Under the pieces are notes generated by a model that made no database searches, was not told where the DNA came from, and saw only the letters and a list, made by a program, of their open reading frames with translations. DNA of 64,000 bases from the NCBI GenBank assembly GCA_002748355.1, contig PDSF01000029.1, forward strand, positions 110,262 through 174,261, given 5' to 3'. The position numbers and the translations under genes were made by a program. Below are positions 63,614 through 64,000 of this stretch, in pieces. Source of the stretch: Planctomycetota bacterium. Its GTDB lineage: Bacteria; Planctomycetota; UBA1135; GCA-002748355. How positions within the stretch are numbered: position 1 is the first letter of the stretch; each line of letters opens with the position of its first letter.

Positions 63614-64000
63614 ATGTACAAGTCGCTAGCAATCCCCCTGCTCTGCTCGGCGCTGCTCGGGCTCTCCCTGCAAAGCCAGCAGCCCGAGGCCCCAAAAAAG
63701 GCAAGCGCCAAGCAAGTGAAGAAACCGGAGCTGCCCAAGCTCGACCCGGCTAGCCCGCCAAAGCTGCCCCAGAAAGCCAGCTCCACCGGGCAAACGCCAC
63801 GACCCCAGCAAGGTGAACGCCGGGACCTCGTACAGCGGTTTCCACAGCGCAACCCCTTCTTGGGCGTATGGCGGATCCAGAAGTCCGTTCGCCACAAGAG
63901 CAACTCCACCCGCATCACCAATGGCTACGCGATCTTCACCAAGGGCTACTTCTCGCTGCACGTCATCCAGACTGGAGCCTTCGACAGGCGCACCGCCTTC
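63614..64000 (+). CDS. hypothetical secreted protein (5' part only; runs off the window)
   Basis: Absent from the track because it is open-ended. My translation from ATG 63614 gives MYKSLAIPLLCSALLGLSLQSQQPEAPKK..., a signal peptide followed by a K/P-rich linker. It is open for all 129 codons to the window end. Confidence 0.45.
   Translation, partial: MYKSLAIPLLCSALLGLSLQSQQPEAPKKASAKQVKKPELPKLDPASPPKLPQKASSTGQTPRPQQGERRDLVQRFPQRNPFLGVWRIQKSVRHKSNSTRITNGYAIFTKGYFSLHVIQTGAFDRRTAF

Overview
This 64-kb window is a densely coded chromosomal segment from a GC-rich bacterium (about 67% G+C in one hand-counted 60-nt sample). Lipoboxes, signal peptides and a PstSC system suggest a diderm envelope. 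I cannot assign a taxon from sequence alone. I call about 55 protein genes and 2 tRNAs: Ser-GCU at 2980-3071 (+) and Leu-GAG at 23115-23203 (-). I found no rRNA, CRISPR array, IS element, integrase or prophage genes.

Most content is housekeeping:
- pstS and a long-form pstC
- murD-mcsA-mcsB-clpC, then dprA
- a leucine-type dehydrogenase / thioesterase / membrane proteins / KAS III operon
- an aminotransferase, a PolB-exo-like exonuclease and an HD phosphohydrolase
- elbB, an M36-like secreted metalloprotease, and a flippase-like gene with three GT4 genes
- a DedA protein, hppA, rsfS, nadA, rpiA, feoAB and a CDF transporter

Structures not explained by ordinary annotation:
1. A 3.15-kb low-GC islet (GT4 glycosyltransferase plus APH/ChoK-fold kinase) bounded by perfect 94-bp direct repeats. 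It splits an elbB / small membrane protein / HD operon and carries no integrase.
2. A diverged tandem duplication (period 361 nt) of the head-to-head junction between an FHA gene and an ABC ATPase gene. It left a truncated FHA paralog and an ABC stub, and the divergent start codons interlock in CATG.
3. A secreted protein with a roughly 300-aa Arg/Pro-rich region, a block of about 85 aa holding 13 Trp and 7 Cys, and a TPR C-terminus.
4. A lower-GC secreted-protein gene beside tRNA-Leu with a 40-nt pure polypyrimidine leader.
5. Recurrent 15-17-bp tandem duplications in non-coding DNA, notably 3' of both tRNAs.
6. An orphan Clp_N-domain protein preceded by a frameshifted small ORF and followed by GT-C-like and VIT/vWA genes.

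Many long ORFs in the track are antisense or out-of-frame artefacts of high GC and were not called. All functional calls rest on motif recognition by eye; no database search was run.
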